Assembly (NCBI GenBank): GCA_002189035.1
Contig: NEEC01000012.1
Span: 1,364,001-1,428,000, forward strand
DNA: 64,000 nt
Source of the DNA: Utricularia gibba
Lineage: Eukaryota; Plantae; Magnoliophyta
Reading direction: 5' to 3'
The position numbers and the translations under genes were made by a program. Of this stretch, positions 12,380 through 23,600 are shown in pieces (position 1 is the stretch's first letter; each line of letters begins with the position of its first letter). The notes below the pieces were generated by a model. It had not been told where the DNA came from. It saw nothing but the letters and a program-made list of their open reading frames with translations, and did not search any database.

Positions 12380-14043
12380 AACATCAAACCATGGATGATC
12401 ATCACCTCAAAAGAACCACCATACTCCAAATCGGAACCTGGAGGAATAAGAAAATCGGGCCACTACCCATCCCGATGATGACCAAGAATTCCGCATGCCG
12501 ATAAGGATTCTTGTGAAAGCATCAGGGCTCGAGACTTGAATCTAACGGAGCACTCACCCAGTCTCCGATATACCTCCCTACGAGATTCATTAGAGGGACG
12601 GAAGTGTCCGAAAAGCTTTACTTTAAAAGGCATGGGGGGCTTAATCGGAAAATTCCACCTGGCCCAAGATGGGGGAGCGACCCAAATGAAAGAAGACCAC
12701 CAGTTATGATGGGTATCAGGAGCTCTAAGGACGAAATCGGGGTGATCTTCAAATCGGCGAAATTGGAAATGAGAAAAACCATGCACGGGGGCGCTTAGCC
12801 TTACGGACGGCAACTTTGAAAAGTTGGAAGAAATCCACCAAAGCCATATTCGGGTCCAAACCCTCCAAATAGAAGAGAAAGGTGGTGAAACAGAATATTG
12901 AGTTGGGGGAAAGACAGAAAAGAGGAACGGAGAACATGTTCAAGCAGAAAGCGGAGACCGCTCTCCAGGTAAGCTATAGGGAACGGAAGGCTGAATCTGG
13001 GAAGGGTCGTTCCCCCGTCCCCCACGGTATATGACTATCCCTGGCAGGACTGACGATGTACTCATCGGGAATCAAATATTTGGTCCAAATGGCGGGGATG
13101 TTCAATTCGCTAGATTTTCTACCCATCGTAGTTGAGGGAGTTAGGAAGTGGGAAAACTAAGAACGAGCAGAAAGAACCCTAGGAGAAAGAGACCCAAAAA
13201 AGGGGGAACCCGAGCCCCCAAAAGACTGAGCGGAAAAGATGAACGGTAGACTGGTACCTTTGAAGACCTCGATCTCCGGTGGGTTTCACGGCGGCAAACG
13301 CGGCGGATGAGCACAACAGAGCTTAGGGAGCACTGAAATCACGCGAGCGAGCCAAGAAGGCAAAGGGGAAAAATGACGGAGAGAACGTCTATTAATAGGG
13401 GAGATATTTGGGAGACGAAACGGTGCGTCGTTTGGAATGCCAGGAATGAGCGGGAAAAAACGTGGCATGCCCAAGAGGTGACGCGTGGCGAGGAAATCGG
13501 TCTGAATCGGCTTGAGGCTCACTCATGAAAAGCGGCAGGCTTGAAATCGGCGTAGTATTAATTATGATTCCCCGATTTGCCCGAAAGGGCCAATATCGAC
13601 AAATCAGAAGGGCTGAATGATGGGGTACAAATCGGGTATAATCAACCGATCTCTGAAAAGCTGCCAAAAGATGTTCTGACAGGATCGCGCCAGCCGACCG
13701 AACGCTGCAGGTCAGAGTCACAGTCTGAAAAGCGGCCGAATTGCGGTAGTGCAGACGGTGATCCTCTGAAAAGCATAATTGTAACGTAGGCACGAAAAGC
13801 AATCACCAACCCTAAAATTCGGGGGCTGTCAGTTCGGCCCCTCCTATAAGTAAGATGAATCCTAAGGAGAAAAAGATTGGCTCCCCGAACTTCCCAACCT
13901 GTTTCTTATTTTTGCCACCCCCGTCTAGTGGAAATCTTCTTCGGTGAGCTCTGATAGCTCCGTGGTTTTTCCGTCATTCGGCGGTTTCCATGTAAAAATC
14001 ATCGCTTACTCTTATTTCAACCGAACCAACCGAGAAAAATACA
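12380..14043 (+). mobile_element. Tat-like Ty3/gypsy 3' remnant with antisense Transposase_28-like ORF, PPT and short 3' LTR
   Basis: GC-rich island. Minus-strand frames give ESGLRF..LSPNSIFCFTTF..GLDPNMAL..FFQLF..WFFSF..HHNWWSSFIWV. A GGGGG tract at 13821 is followed by TGTCAG..AAAAATACA (13827-14043). Confidence 0.65.
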
Positions 14044-14574
14044 ATTAAGTGTGATATTCCCGATTGCACTTATCATCCTAAAATCGGTCCCCCATCGGAC
14101 ATTGATTTTACCCACAACACCAATAATGTGATAACAATTGATATAGGTATCTGAAAAATATTTGATAGAAAACATGCACATATTTTCTAGATGCTAATAA
14201 TGGTGCATACCTTTTAGACAATGATAACATTAGAATATGTACCTCAACCTCAAAAATACAAAGATGACATTTCAACTACTAACATCGTTCATAATAACAT
14301 ATCATATACTACTACGTGATTTGGGGAATATTCATCTTCACACCAAATTTATGAACATCTTCCTCTACAAACCAATTTAGAAGCATCTATGAAATCATCA
14401 CTCACTATTATTCAAAAGTATGTATCCCATCCATTCCTATCACTTTCCTTTAAAAAATTTCAAATTCATCCCTGCATATCTATAATCAAGAAGAATTTAA
14501 TGCAAATTGATGTTGAGAATAACACTTTCTAACATTTAGAAAAACCTTATTGTTATAAACTTATTCTGCCCGAA

Positions 14575-14900
14575 TAGCACCAGATTGTTAAGAATTTTCT
14601 CATCACTTCCCAACAAATCGCAAAACCTTACGGAAACCCAACAATGCTTGCAGTTGCCGGACAACTAAAGAGTAGGGCTTCGCTTCAAAAAGGATATTGA
14701 AAAAACTGAGCAAGCAGAGACAAAAGAAATTCAAATACAAACAGCAGACCGAATCGATGGCAAAGAAATTGCGAGTGTTGAATGGATGAGAGAGGGTAGG
14801 GTTCCCCTCCAAACTATTCTAGTGAAAATTGATTATTCTTCTTATACAGTTCGAACTATCTATGGGGCATTAGACATAAATTTGGATTTCTTTTAAGCAA
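14575..14900 (+). pseudogene. rps3: rps3 3' half
   Basis: [72 protein letters not shown]. Confidence 0.92.
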
Positions 14901-14964
14901 TAAGAAAACTTTAATTCTATAGGTTTGAATAAAAATTTAATTCCCTTTTTATAATATAGTTGCT

Positions 14965-14995
14965 ATGCTTTGTGTGTGTTGGTTTTCTAGGATCA
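14965..14995 (+). pseudogene. rpl16: rpl16 exon 1 and start of its intron
   Basis: ATGCTTTGTGTGTG.. resembles the 9-nt exon ATGCTTAGT plus intron start GTGTG, at the expected position after rps3. Confidence 0.55.
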
Positions 14996-15309
14996 GTGAT
15001 TTAAAAAGACCAATCCAACAGTATAAAAACCTACCGATTACTTTGTATTATCTCAATCTAAAGAATCAGCCAAGATATCATAATCAGTCGCATGTTTCAA
15101 GCAATTGAAAAAAAACTTTAATTCTAAGATGAAATTGAAAGAAAAATAAAGATGTCAGGTGCGGATAACTGAAAAAATGAGAGTAAAAAAATTATCAATA
15201 TGTGAGATTTAGGATGGAAAAAAACAAACAAATAAAACATAAATAATATTATCCACATTGAAAAATTAACTAGCCATGTCACCGGTGTAATTCTTCCTAT
15301 CAGTAAAAG

Positions 15310-15455
15310 GTGATGATAAGATATTTTGAGAATGCCACCAATGTGACTGATTAAGAAGGAAACCCAAAAGGGACTCGAATTTCTGGTGCGCTCTCTAGGG
15401 AGGGAATTAAGACAATTCAATATTACCAAAAGAGTTTCATTATCATGTGAAATAA
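15310..15455 (+). pseudogene. rpl14: rpl14 3' fragment
   Basis: GAAGGAAACCCAAAAGGGACTCGAATTTCTGGTGCG..GAATTAAGACAATTCAATATTACCAAAAGAGTTTCATTA, i.e. EGNPKGTRI.GA..RELRQ.N.TK.VSL. Confidence 0.85.
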
Positions 15456-15489
15456 GTAATATCTTTTCTTGGGGTATATGAAAGAAATC

Positions 15490-15750
15490 GATTAATTTAT
15501 GGATACTCAGCTTGAGACTGCAATCAACCAATGCGGATACAGAGGTGCACACAAATAAGAGCTGTGGAGGATCATTCAATTACTAATATTTTGACTGATG
15601 CGTTTAGGCGGTTTGTTAGGATAGAACAATGTCCTTCCTCATGTTTTTTTTACCATGCTACAAACACTATTTTGAATGATGATTGAATACAAGCATTTTT
15701 GAAATCAATCTGATCAAAACCATAGAAACATTGTGTAAAATATATGGTAA
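15490..15750 (+). pseudogene. rps8: rps8 remnant
   Basis: Weak matches (ACTAATATT; terminal TTGTGT..ATATATGGTAA, LCYIW*-like) between rpl14 and infA. Confidence 0.55.
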
Positions 15751-15844
15751 CCCTCCTCTTTTTCTATGCAAATGGCCTCCAAAAGATCCTCCTATTTATT
15801 GTTTCATCTCCATTACCTCATACTTCAAGGAAGCTTTCTCTGAA

Positions 15845-16067
15845 ATGAAAGAGCAAGAATGGATTCATGAAGGTTTAACCACTGAATCACTTCCCAATGG
15901 GATGTTTCCAGTTCGGTTAGACAATGAAAATGTGATACTGTTAGAAGAACTGACAGTAGTTTTATATGGATACTCTCAAAAGATAAGTAAAAATTCAAGT
16001 GAGTCATTATGATTCCATCAAATGACATATTGTGTATCCACTTTAAAATAAGGATTTGAAAATTTAG
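15845..16067 (+). pseudogene. infA: infA pseudogene
   Basis: [32 protein letters not shown].., then an internal deletion with frameshift, then [19 protein letters not shown]. Confidence 0.92.
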
Positions 16068-16146
16068 GTGATTTTTTTTCAAGATTAATTAAAAATATGA
16101 ATAAAAACTTTCAATTAAAAAAAATAGATTTAGAGGTATGACAACT

Positions 16147-16259
16147 ATGAAATAAAAGTTTCCATTCGCAAAATTTGTAACAAATGTCAACTAATACATT
16201 GGAGTAGTCGAATTATAGTAATTTGTTCCAACTCCAAACATTAACAGAGACAAGGATAA
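16147..16259 (+). pseudogene. rpl36: rpl36 pseudogene
   Basis: 113 bp. A 1-bp deletion follows the ATG; [27 protein letters not shown] has a premature stop. Confidence 0.93.
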
Positions 16260-16357
16260 TAAAATTGGCTAAAGAGTTCCCTGTACAAAGAAATCAACTT
16301 TCACACAAAATGGATATATCCATTGATTTCTGACTCTTATTTATGAGATAATAGAAT

Positions 16358-16460
16358 ATTGCAAAAACTATACTGAGAACTCGTTCACGTATTGGTTTAC
16401 ATAAGAGTACACATACAATATCAAAAGGGTTATTCAACCGAATTTCAATAATACCATTAT
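16358..16460 (+). pseudogene. rps11: rps11 5' fragment
   Basis: GCAAAAACTATAC..CGTATTGGTTTACATAAGAGT..AAAAGGGTTATTCA..TTCAATAATACCATT (RIG..K..KGVI..FNNTI). Confidence 0.75.
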
Positions 16461-17879
16461 CTCATGAGGGACGAATGCACTTGAAGACGAAATTCATTCC
16501 AAGTCGGAGGGAAAAAGACTAGGTGGACTGTTGCACTGACTTTTAGAAGATCCAGGTCCAAATTGTTTAAATGATTCTATGAAATTCAATTAGACTTTAA
16601 TAGAATGATAAATCTAAGCTTAGGCCTAATATGTCTGATAAGGTAATGATAATTGAGCAAAAGTTCAAATGGTTTGAACCTTGAGTGTTTCCAAAACTGT
16701 GTAAATAGAAAGAGAAATCATAGTATTGAATTGGTAGATGTACCTATTTACAATATATTTTTTTAATCACATCTCATTCTCCCGTGTGTGTTGCTCTTGC
16801 TCCATAACTTGTACAGCATCTGCTATAAGTCTCCAAGCCCATCCATTTTTTATGAAAAGATCCAAAATGTAAAAAGAAAATGAAATCATCTAACATATCA
16901 AGGCTCTCTGGGAGTGCTTTTCTGAAAAACAACTCATCAACACTTCTGTTTTCAAGTCAACAAATCCAAAGAAAGTAGAATATCACAATACTTGATGCAG
17001 CCATCATTGAAAAATCATATGTTTTTTGAACATCATCTTCATTTGCATTTCCACATCCTTTATTCCTCATCATCAATGAGTGATACCTAAATAATCAATA
17101 TATATATGCAAACAATGAAACTAACTACATATAGTCATGTTTCAAAAAATTGGGAGCTGGTCTCTAGGTGCCTGGTACGTTTTCTGGGTACTGTCGTTTG
17201 TGGCTCTTCTTCACCACCCAAGCTTCATTTTTGGTTGCTATCCTTGATACATTTTGGATCTGATCTTCGTTGAACTCATGTTTGTGAATAGTTTCAGCAA
17301 TCATATATGGCACTGCAATCCATGTGTTCAGGTGCTTCGGCTAAATTGCAGGGATCTACATGTAACGCACCATTGTGGAATTCCTTTTCTAGTATTCTAT
17401 TTTTAATTAGTTCCAAATACTATTTTTGTGGATCTACATCCTGTGCGTAGCCATTTTCTATTTCAAGGCTCTTTGGAAGTCCAACTTGATCTAATAAATT
17501 AAAACCCTCCATATCACAAGGCTCAGCTCATTTTTCGGCCTATCAAAAATATTGAGTTAGCTTCTAATATAAACTAATTGAAATAGCAATGTGGGATTGC
17601 CAACCCCTTCTCCAATATAATATTCCAACAAGGGTTTCTAGGGTTAAAAGTGAAAGTTAAGTACAATGCATCATTAACTTCCCTGTTGCATGCAATTACG
17701 ATGCATTTATTCTTCCCAAAAAAAATTCATTAATGGCATACGTTCACCTATACTTTCTACCATAAATGCTGCAGAGACACTATATTGGCGAACACCCAAT
17801 ACCTCGACATTGTCTGGATTCTCATCTGTCACTGACAGGTAGGATTGTATCATCAAATGTGGAGACAGAGCTTCCAAAT

Positions 17880-18230
17880 GATAGTTTGAATTCATGTATT
17901 ATCATCATAGATTTGTGAATTCCTTTTCCTTTTTGTCCTCAATGACTGAAAATTCGTCTACCAAAACTTCCCAAGTTTCCTTTGATGTGCTGCAAGTGAT
18001 GATATGGTCATATGGGTCTCCGTCCACAGCTTCGGGCCAAGAGTTTTTTTTCTTCCCATTTTACAGCAGCAACATCATCACCTTCTGTAAAGGTAGGGTA
18101 AGTTGATACAACTTCCCAAAGCTTCAGCATCTTGAAATGGTTGACCATTTTTGCTACCCATCTTGTATATATTTTGCCATTGAATGTAGGTGGTGGAAGT
18201 GAGTTGGAGTTTAGACTAGTCATCCTTCTT
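17880..18230 (-). mobile_element. Ty1/copia gag remnant
   Basis: PPPTFNGKIYTRWVAKMVNHFKMLKLWEVV, a DUF4219/gag N-terminal-type motif. Confidence 0.7.
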
Positions 18231-18939
18231 ATAGAATCCTGCAAAACAGAGGTAGGTTTAAAACAATTTAGGCTTATGTGTGAGTTGTCGTGGCCTTTGC
18301 AGATGTTTGTTGTGAAGTTATTTCTAAGGGATTTCTTCAACATCCCATAGCTGCCACCATGAAAGGAGACATGTAGCTCACTATCTTGGAGCTTAAATGG
18401 CTGGATTTTGTAGAACCAAAAAATTGTTTTTGAGAAGTTTACAGGTTACATATTGATAGTTATGATTCTAACGGTAAAAAATGTAGCCATTGCCTTTTGA
18501 AGTCCATTCCTAGTTGTGGTGATGGGCTGTTTCATCAAACCTTCTTTCTCTCACTTTTGGTCTCTCAACTCCAGCCCCATATGACTTGGCCCAACTTTTA
18601 ATCCAACTCTTTACCTGATGTCATATTCATCTCCTTCCGGCAGGGTTCATCTTCCTCCAATGATTTTGCCAAGTGGAGCTGAATTGTCTCTTCATACTCC
18701 AACAAAATGGAATCTATTGATTCAAAATCTCATAAAAGATTGACTAATATGGTATGTTTCTAGTTTGCATTTTTTCCCCAAATATTCCAGAATGCAATAG
18801 ACGATGGAATACAGTAGTGTGAAGTTTGGTGGGCATTGTCTAGGACAGCTATTAGGTGAACAGTGATTACTTATGATTCCGGCTTCATGGATGCAAGTTG
18901 TAGCCTGCGATCTCAAACAACACAGTCAATGTATCTAAT

Positions 18940-19097
18940 AGCAGTTTGCATTTCTACTATTAAGAATTCAATTTTGGAGAATTCATTTTTTGTATTTTAT
19001 TGGTCGAAATGGGGGATATCTCGATTGTGGGAGAGAATAGAGAAAATCTCATTTGATCCAAAATATCTCACAAGTACTTGGGAATACCAATAGACAT
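18940..19097 (-). pseudogene. clpP: NUPT 3: clpP exon 1 (truncated) fused to the start of intron 1
   Basis: ATGTCTATTGGTATTCCCAAGTAC (MPIGVPKV-like) is joined to CTTGTGAGATATTTTGG..TTCTCTCCCACAATCGAGATATCC, which resembles clpP intron 1; it is divergent from psbB as in plastomes. Confidence 0.75.
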
Positions 19098-19512
19098 GAA
19101 TTAAAAGAAAAAGGTATAGCTAAGTACTCTATTTATTTCACTTTTCATGCGGAAACCTAATAATGGAATAATATTATTTTATTATTTTTAAAATATTATT
19201 TTTATAAGATTCATTTTATAGCTATAACAATATCCATATGATATAACAATTTCAAAAAAAAATTCAATTTCTACAAATAAGTCCTACTAATCTCCACATT
19301 TCTTCATAGAAATGTTCCCAATCGCCATTGCGCATTGGCACTCATCGAATATTGAATAAATTTGCTTCTCTTTATTATTATCAATAAAATAGAAAAATAA
19401 TCAAAAGTAATCCATTGAACAAAAATGTACATAAGATAGTCATAGTCTACTCTTTCCCAATGCAATAAAGTTACATAGTGCCCTTTTTTTTTTTGAGAAA
19501 GGGATATTTTTA

Positions 19513-20008
19513 ATGAGTTTTCCATGGTATCATATTCATACCATTGTATTCAATGACCCTGGCTGGTTACTCTATGTTCATATAATGCATACCGTTCTAG
19601 TTGCTCGTTTGGTGAGCTGGATGGCTTTGTATGAATTAGCAGTTTTCATTCTTGTGATCCTGTCTGAAGACAGGGTATGTTACATTGTACCCTGCATGAC
19701 TTGTTTTGGAATAACAATTTCGTGGCGGAGATTGGATTATCACAGAAGGGACTGTAATGAATCCTGGGATTTGGGGTTACGAAGGTGTAGCTGGGACTCA
19801 TTTTGTGTTTTCTGCCTTATGCTTTTTGGCATCTATATGGCAGGACAGCTATTGGGATGTACAACTCTTTCGTGACGAACCCACTGCAAAACATGATTTG
19901 GATTTGCTCACAACCTTTGTAATTTATTCATTTCACATCTGTGCGACTTGCTTTGGTTTTGGTGTATTTTATCTGGCAGGTTTGTATGGCCCTGAAATAT
20001 GGGTGTGA
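19513..20008 (+). pseudogene. psbB: NUPT 3: psbB (CP47) 5' third
   Basis: [40 protein letters not shown]; [53 protein letters not shown]; frameshifted and truncated. Confidence 0.96.
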
Positions 20009-20099
20009 GATATCTCATTTTAAGCACTTGGATAAAAAAAAAAAAACAATTGAGCAACAAATAACTATAAGAGGAAGAGCAAATACTTCCCAACGCTAG

Positions 20100-20450
20100 G
20101 AAATGACTGATGGTTTAAAATGGTGAAGATAGATATAAGCTTTATTGGAATTAGGAAGAGAAAATATTTGAAAGAAAAATATTCTGGAGGCAGCACAACT
20201 TGTGGAAAACATGCGGAATCTGATAACAATGAATTGAGTGAGTAGTATGTGTGCTTGATAGAGATATAGTACTAAAATCACAAAACTTTGTAGGGAATGA
20301 TGAGTTTGAATATCTACTCTATATTTTACTTGCAAATTTGTGTTTATGTGACTGACTCTATATCTGATGATTTTTTTTATGCTGCTCGATAATAACTCTT
20401 CATAAACATAATAGGTAAAACCTTTTGAGTGTTCATTATATTTCAAAAAT
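20100..20450 (+). mobile_element. Very degraded copia RT remnant
   Basis: Weak resemblance to the MTDLG..FIGI..KY..ILE region. Confidence 0.35.
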
Positions 20451-20759
20451 AATTTATTGCTTTACAGATGTGTGACTTAATAGGAACATGACATCAAAGT
20501 TTGAGTTCAGTAAGATATAAATTTTGGAGTTGACATAATGGTATCATAACAATAATGGGTAGTTCATGGGTGTGTAAATTTGTTATGTGTGAATATGCTT
20601 GCCTGAGATTATTTATGTCCAAGGAACATGCCTCAAAAATATGTGACTAGGCCGATCAACATAGTGCGCTAGAAAGGAATGAGCAGGGAGATAGAATGAG
20701 GGGAATGGAAGCATCATAATTTGGTAGCTTGGTATCTGATGGCACACGTTTTCTCAACA

Positions 20760-22010
20760 TTTATAATGTAAAATTATTGTGTTTTGCTGTAGTTTAGGTT
20801 AGATTTAAGAGGTTTTTCATTATTTATGTGTTGCTTACGCTAATTTTGTGTATATGCTGAAAAGTGGACTAAATCTTTTGATTTAGTCCATCACTTCGTT
20901 ACTAATATTTAATTAAGTACGGCAAGAGGATTCACATCAAATCAAACTCACAAATGTGTGGAATAAGTAGAAAAGGGCATAACATCCGAAGATAGACAAA
21001 AAGTATTGTTCTGCCACCTGTAGTCTATAAGTTCAAACTAAAAATAGTACTAGTGTCAGGAATAGCACATTAGAGTAAAGGAGGGGTGATATTTTCCAAA
21101 GAAGAGAGAAAACAAAGAGAGAGATGCCACAGCATAGGAGCTTCATCAACAGCAGACACACAGAAGCTCTTCCAACACCAAGAACATTGAACTAGAGGGA
21201 AGAACAAATGTGATCTTCTAGAGAAGAACCTCCAACGTGAAGAACGAACATCAAGACTCAGTCCAACACTATTATTCCAAGTTGTGAACAGTAGTAGATA
21301 GAAATCAGAACCATTTCTGCTTTACTTTTATTTGTTGAACGTTTTTAGATTTTTGTGACCAACTCTTTCACGATATTTTTGACATTTTTACTGTTTTATC
21401 TTAATGTTATCAAGTTTTACCTTCCAAGTATGAATAACTAAAACATTAGAGATGCTTTAAGATAAAGCATGATGGTATGGGCCTAGAGTTAATAATGGAA
21501 TTTATATTTGTTTCTTAATTCTTTTTTCTATCATTCTATAGGTAAATTTAAGAGGAGAAACAAGTAGCTTCATAACTCAGATACTTGATTTAGAGGTAGA
21601 CCAACAAATCAAAGTGTGAACAGTAGGTATTAGTTCAGGATAAAACCAATAGAACCAAATAGACCTAATTTTATAGACTTTGCATGCAAGTAGACGTAAT
21701 TGCAATGTTGGTGATGAAATTGAGGACTATATGAGCCGAAAACATAATGAATGACATGGATAAATTTAGGTTGTTTAGAGTTGTGAGTATAGGAGACCCT
21801 TAAGATATCTTAATCTTACTTTGTATTAGAACTAGTATTTATTATTTCCAGCATTGACACTTAAACTTGTTTATTGAACTAACTTACTACTTTTAGTTTG
21901 AGCTTAGATTAAGAACTAGTGTTATTCTGAAACCTGTATCTACTGAAACACTTAACAAGTATAAGTTCTTTGTGATCAATCCCGAATTCCACTTAATATT
22001 TTGTATTTAA
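20760..22010 (+). mobile_element. Probable Athila-like gypsy LTR remnant
   Basis: LTR-like layout (purine-rich AGAG block, T-rich U5-like tail); shares a GACTAAATC-loop-GATTTAGTC palindrome with the 53-54.5 kb remnant. Confidence 0.45.
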
Positions 22011-22591
22011 ATTTGTATTTTGTGAGGATTAGAACTTACTTAATATAAATATTTGAGTTCATATAAATAAAAATATTTGGGATTTCTACTTAATAAAATA
22101 ATTTAATGTTAAACATGGGCCTTTTCATTATTTTTTTATTCATAAATACTCATAAATAGTGTTTCTAGCTTTTGCACTTCCATTCCTCTAAAGTGATGGA
22201 GTCAAGATTTCAGATATCACTTATGTTAATTCCTTAGAAACTAGAAAATCTATCATAAAAGTAGGTTAGCTTCATTCCCCATGTTGATAATAAATGGTTT
22301 TTGTTTGTTAATCTACAAAATGAAGATTTTTGAAGTTTTTTGTTACAATTTTTGGAATTTGATTGTATTTTTTATTCAATTTTTTGTTTGGATTGGTAAG
22401 GTATATATTGCAAGGTTGTTTAATTTGATAATAGCATTATCGATTTTGCATATTTGACAAACATATTTATTAAACGCCTAATTTTTATTTCATATTTTCA
22501 AGTTAATATTGCAATTTGCATGACTTTTTTTTTATTGGGATTACATATTTTTGCATTTGCTATCTATGGAATTAATGAATTTCAACTTTTT

Positions 22592-22672
22592 TAGGGCTCA
22601 TTTGATAGGTAAGTATTTATTGGGTATAAATTGGGTTAAAAAAATCTTGTTAATATAACCAACCAAACACAC
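22592..22672. mobile_element. Short Tourist/Harbinger-derived remnant
   Basis: Ends CCAACCAAACACAC, whose reverse complement GTGTGTTTGGTTGG matches the TIR of the 31243 element. Confidence 0.45.
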
Positions 22673-22989
22673 ATTTCATTTTTCCTTATAAAATAAAATA
22701 TCATACAAAACTAATTAAACTCAACAATTTTAAGGTTTTCTTTTGGGGTGATGGCATATTTGACCTAAAATTTTGAATTTTTGGTATTTTTGATCCATAT
22801 CAAAATGAATTCAAAAGAATGAAATATATGATAACCAGTAGGCTGGCACAAAAGTACAGTATCCCTAGTTTGACCTTGTGCGGTTACATGGGGATCAAAT
22901 ATTTAGCTAATGTCAAAACAGGCCATAAGAATGAAAGTAGGTGGTGCAGTCATTTGTGGTGCTTGCAATTATTTTTTAAATACGCAAGG

Positions 22990-23600
22990 ATCGTAAATGC
23001 ACATTTGCAATATGTGTGATATTAAAAATTTGAGACAATAGAATCATGCGGTTCAGTGCATTCGCACAATCTCAACTTATTTTTTTAAAAAAAAATATTT
23101 TTTCATAAATGTTCAAACATTGCAAATACACATTTGTAATATTTGTGATATTTTTAATTTTTATATAAAAAAAGCATATTCACCACAATGCACATCTGTG
23201 GCCTTTGTAATTTTTTACATAAAGGGGCAACCACCGCAATGCACATTTGCAATGCTTGTGATATTTTCAAATTGAGTGAATCGGATCACGTTGTTTAGTG
23301 CAATCTGCATGATACTCACTTATTTTTTTAAAAAAATAATTATTTTTTTATAAATGGGAAATCACGAAGATGCACATTTGTATTGTTTTTTTTTTCTATA
23401 AAAAAAGTGTCACCATCAAAATGCACATTCTTAGTACTTTGAATTTTTTGTTATAAATAGTCAAGCACTGCAAACACACATTTGCGGTACTTGTAATATT
23501 TTTAAATTTTTTATAAAAAAACATAAGCACCGCATCGTAATTTTTTTAAAAAAAAAAATTGGAACACACTTCCAATGCACATTGTTGTGGTATTTTTAAT
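22990..23600. repeat. Degenerate array of AATGCACATTTG motifs with ~240-bp higher-order period
   Basis: About 8 copies, near 22997, 23125, 23188, 23238, 23368, 23420, 23475 and 23574. Confidence 0.7.

Larger units (their letters stand above)
14570..16460 (+). other. NUPT 2: condensed plastid rps3-rpl16-rpl14-rps8-infA-rpl36-rps11 segment
   Basis: Seven ribosomal-operon gene fragments in native order on the same strand. Confidence 0.92.

Noticed and set aside
14050-14560. Possible CACTA transposase fragment
   Set aside because: Resemblance too weak and no CACTA termini seen.
15683-16012. 109-aa ORF as a functional nuclear infA with an N-terminal transit peptide
   Set aside because: The extension is translated rps8/spacer sequence starting at TTG, and the infA part is internally deleted and frameshifted.
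19513-19875. 120-aa ORF as a functional PsbB-derived gene
   Set aside because: It frameshifts after about 45 codons, conserved residues are altered and the gene is truncated.
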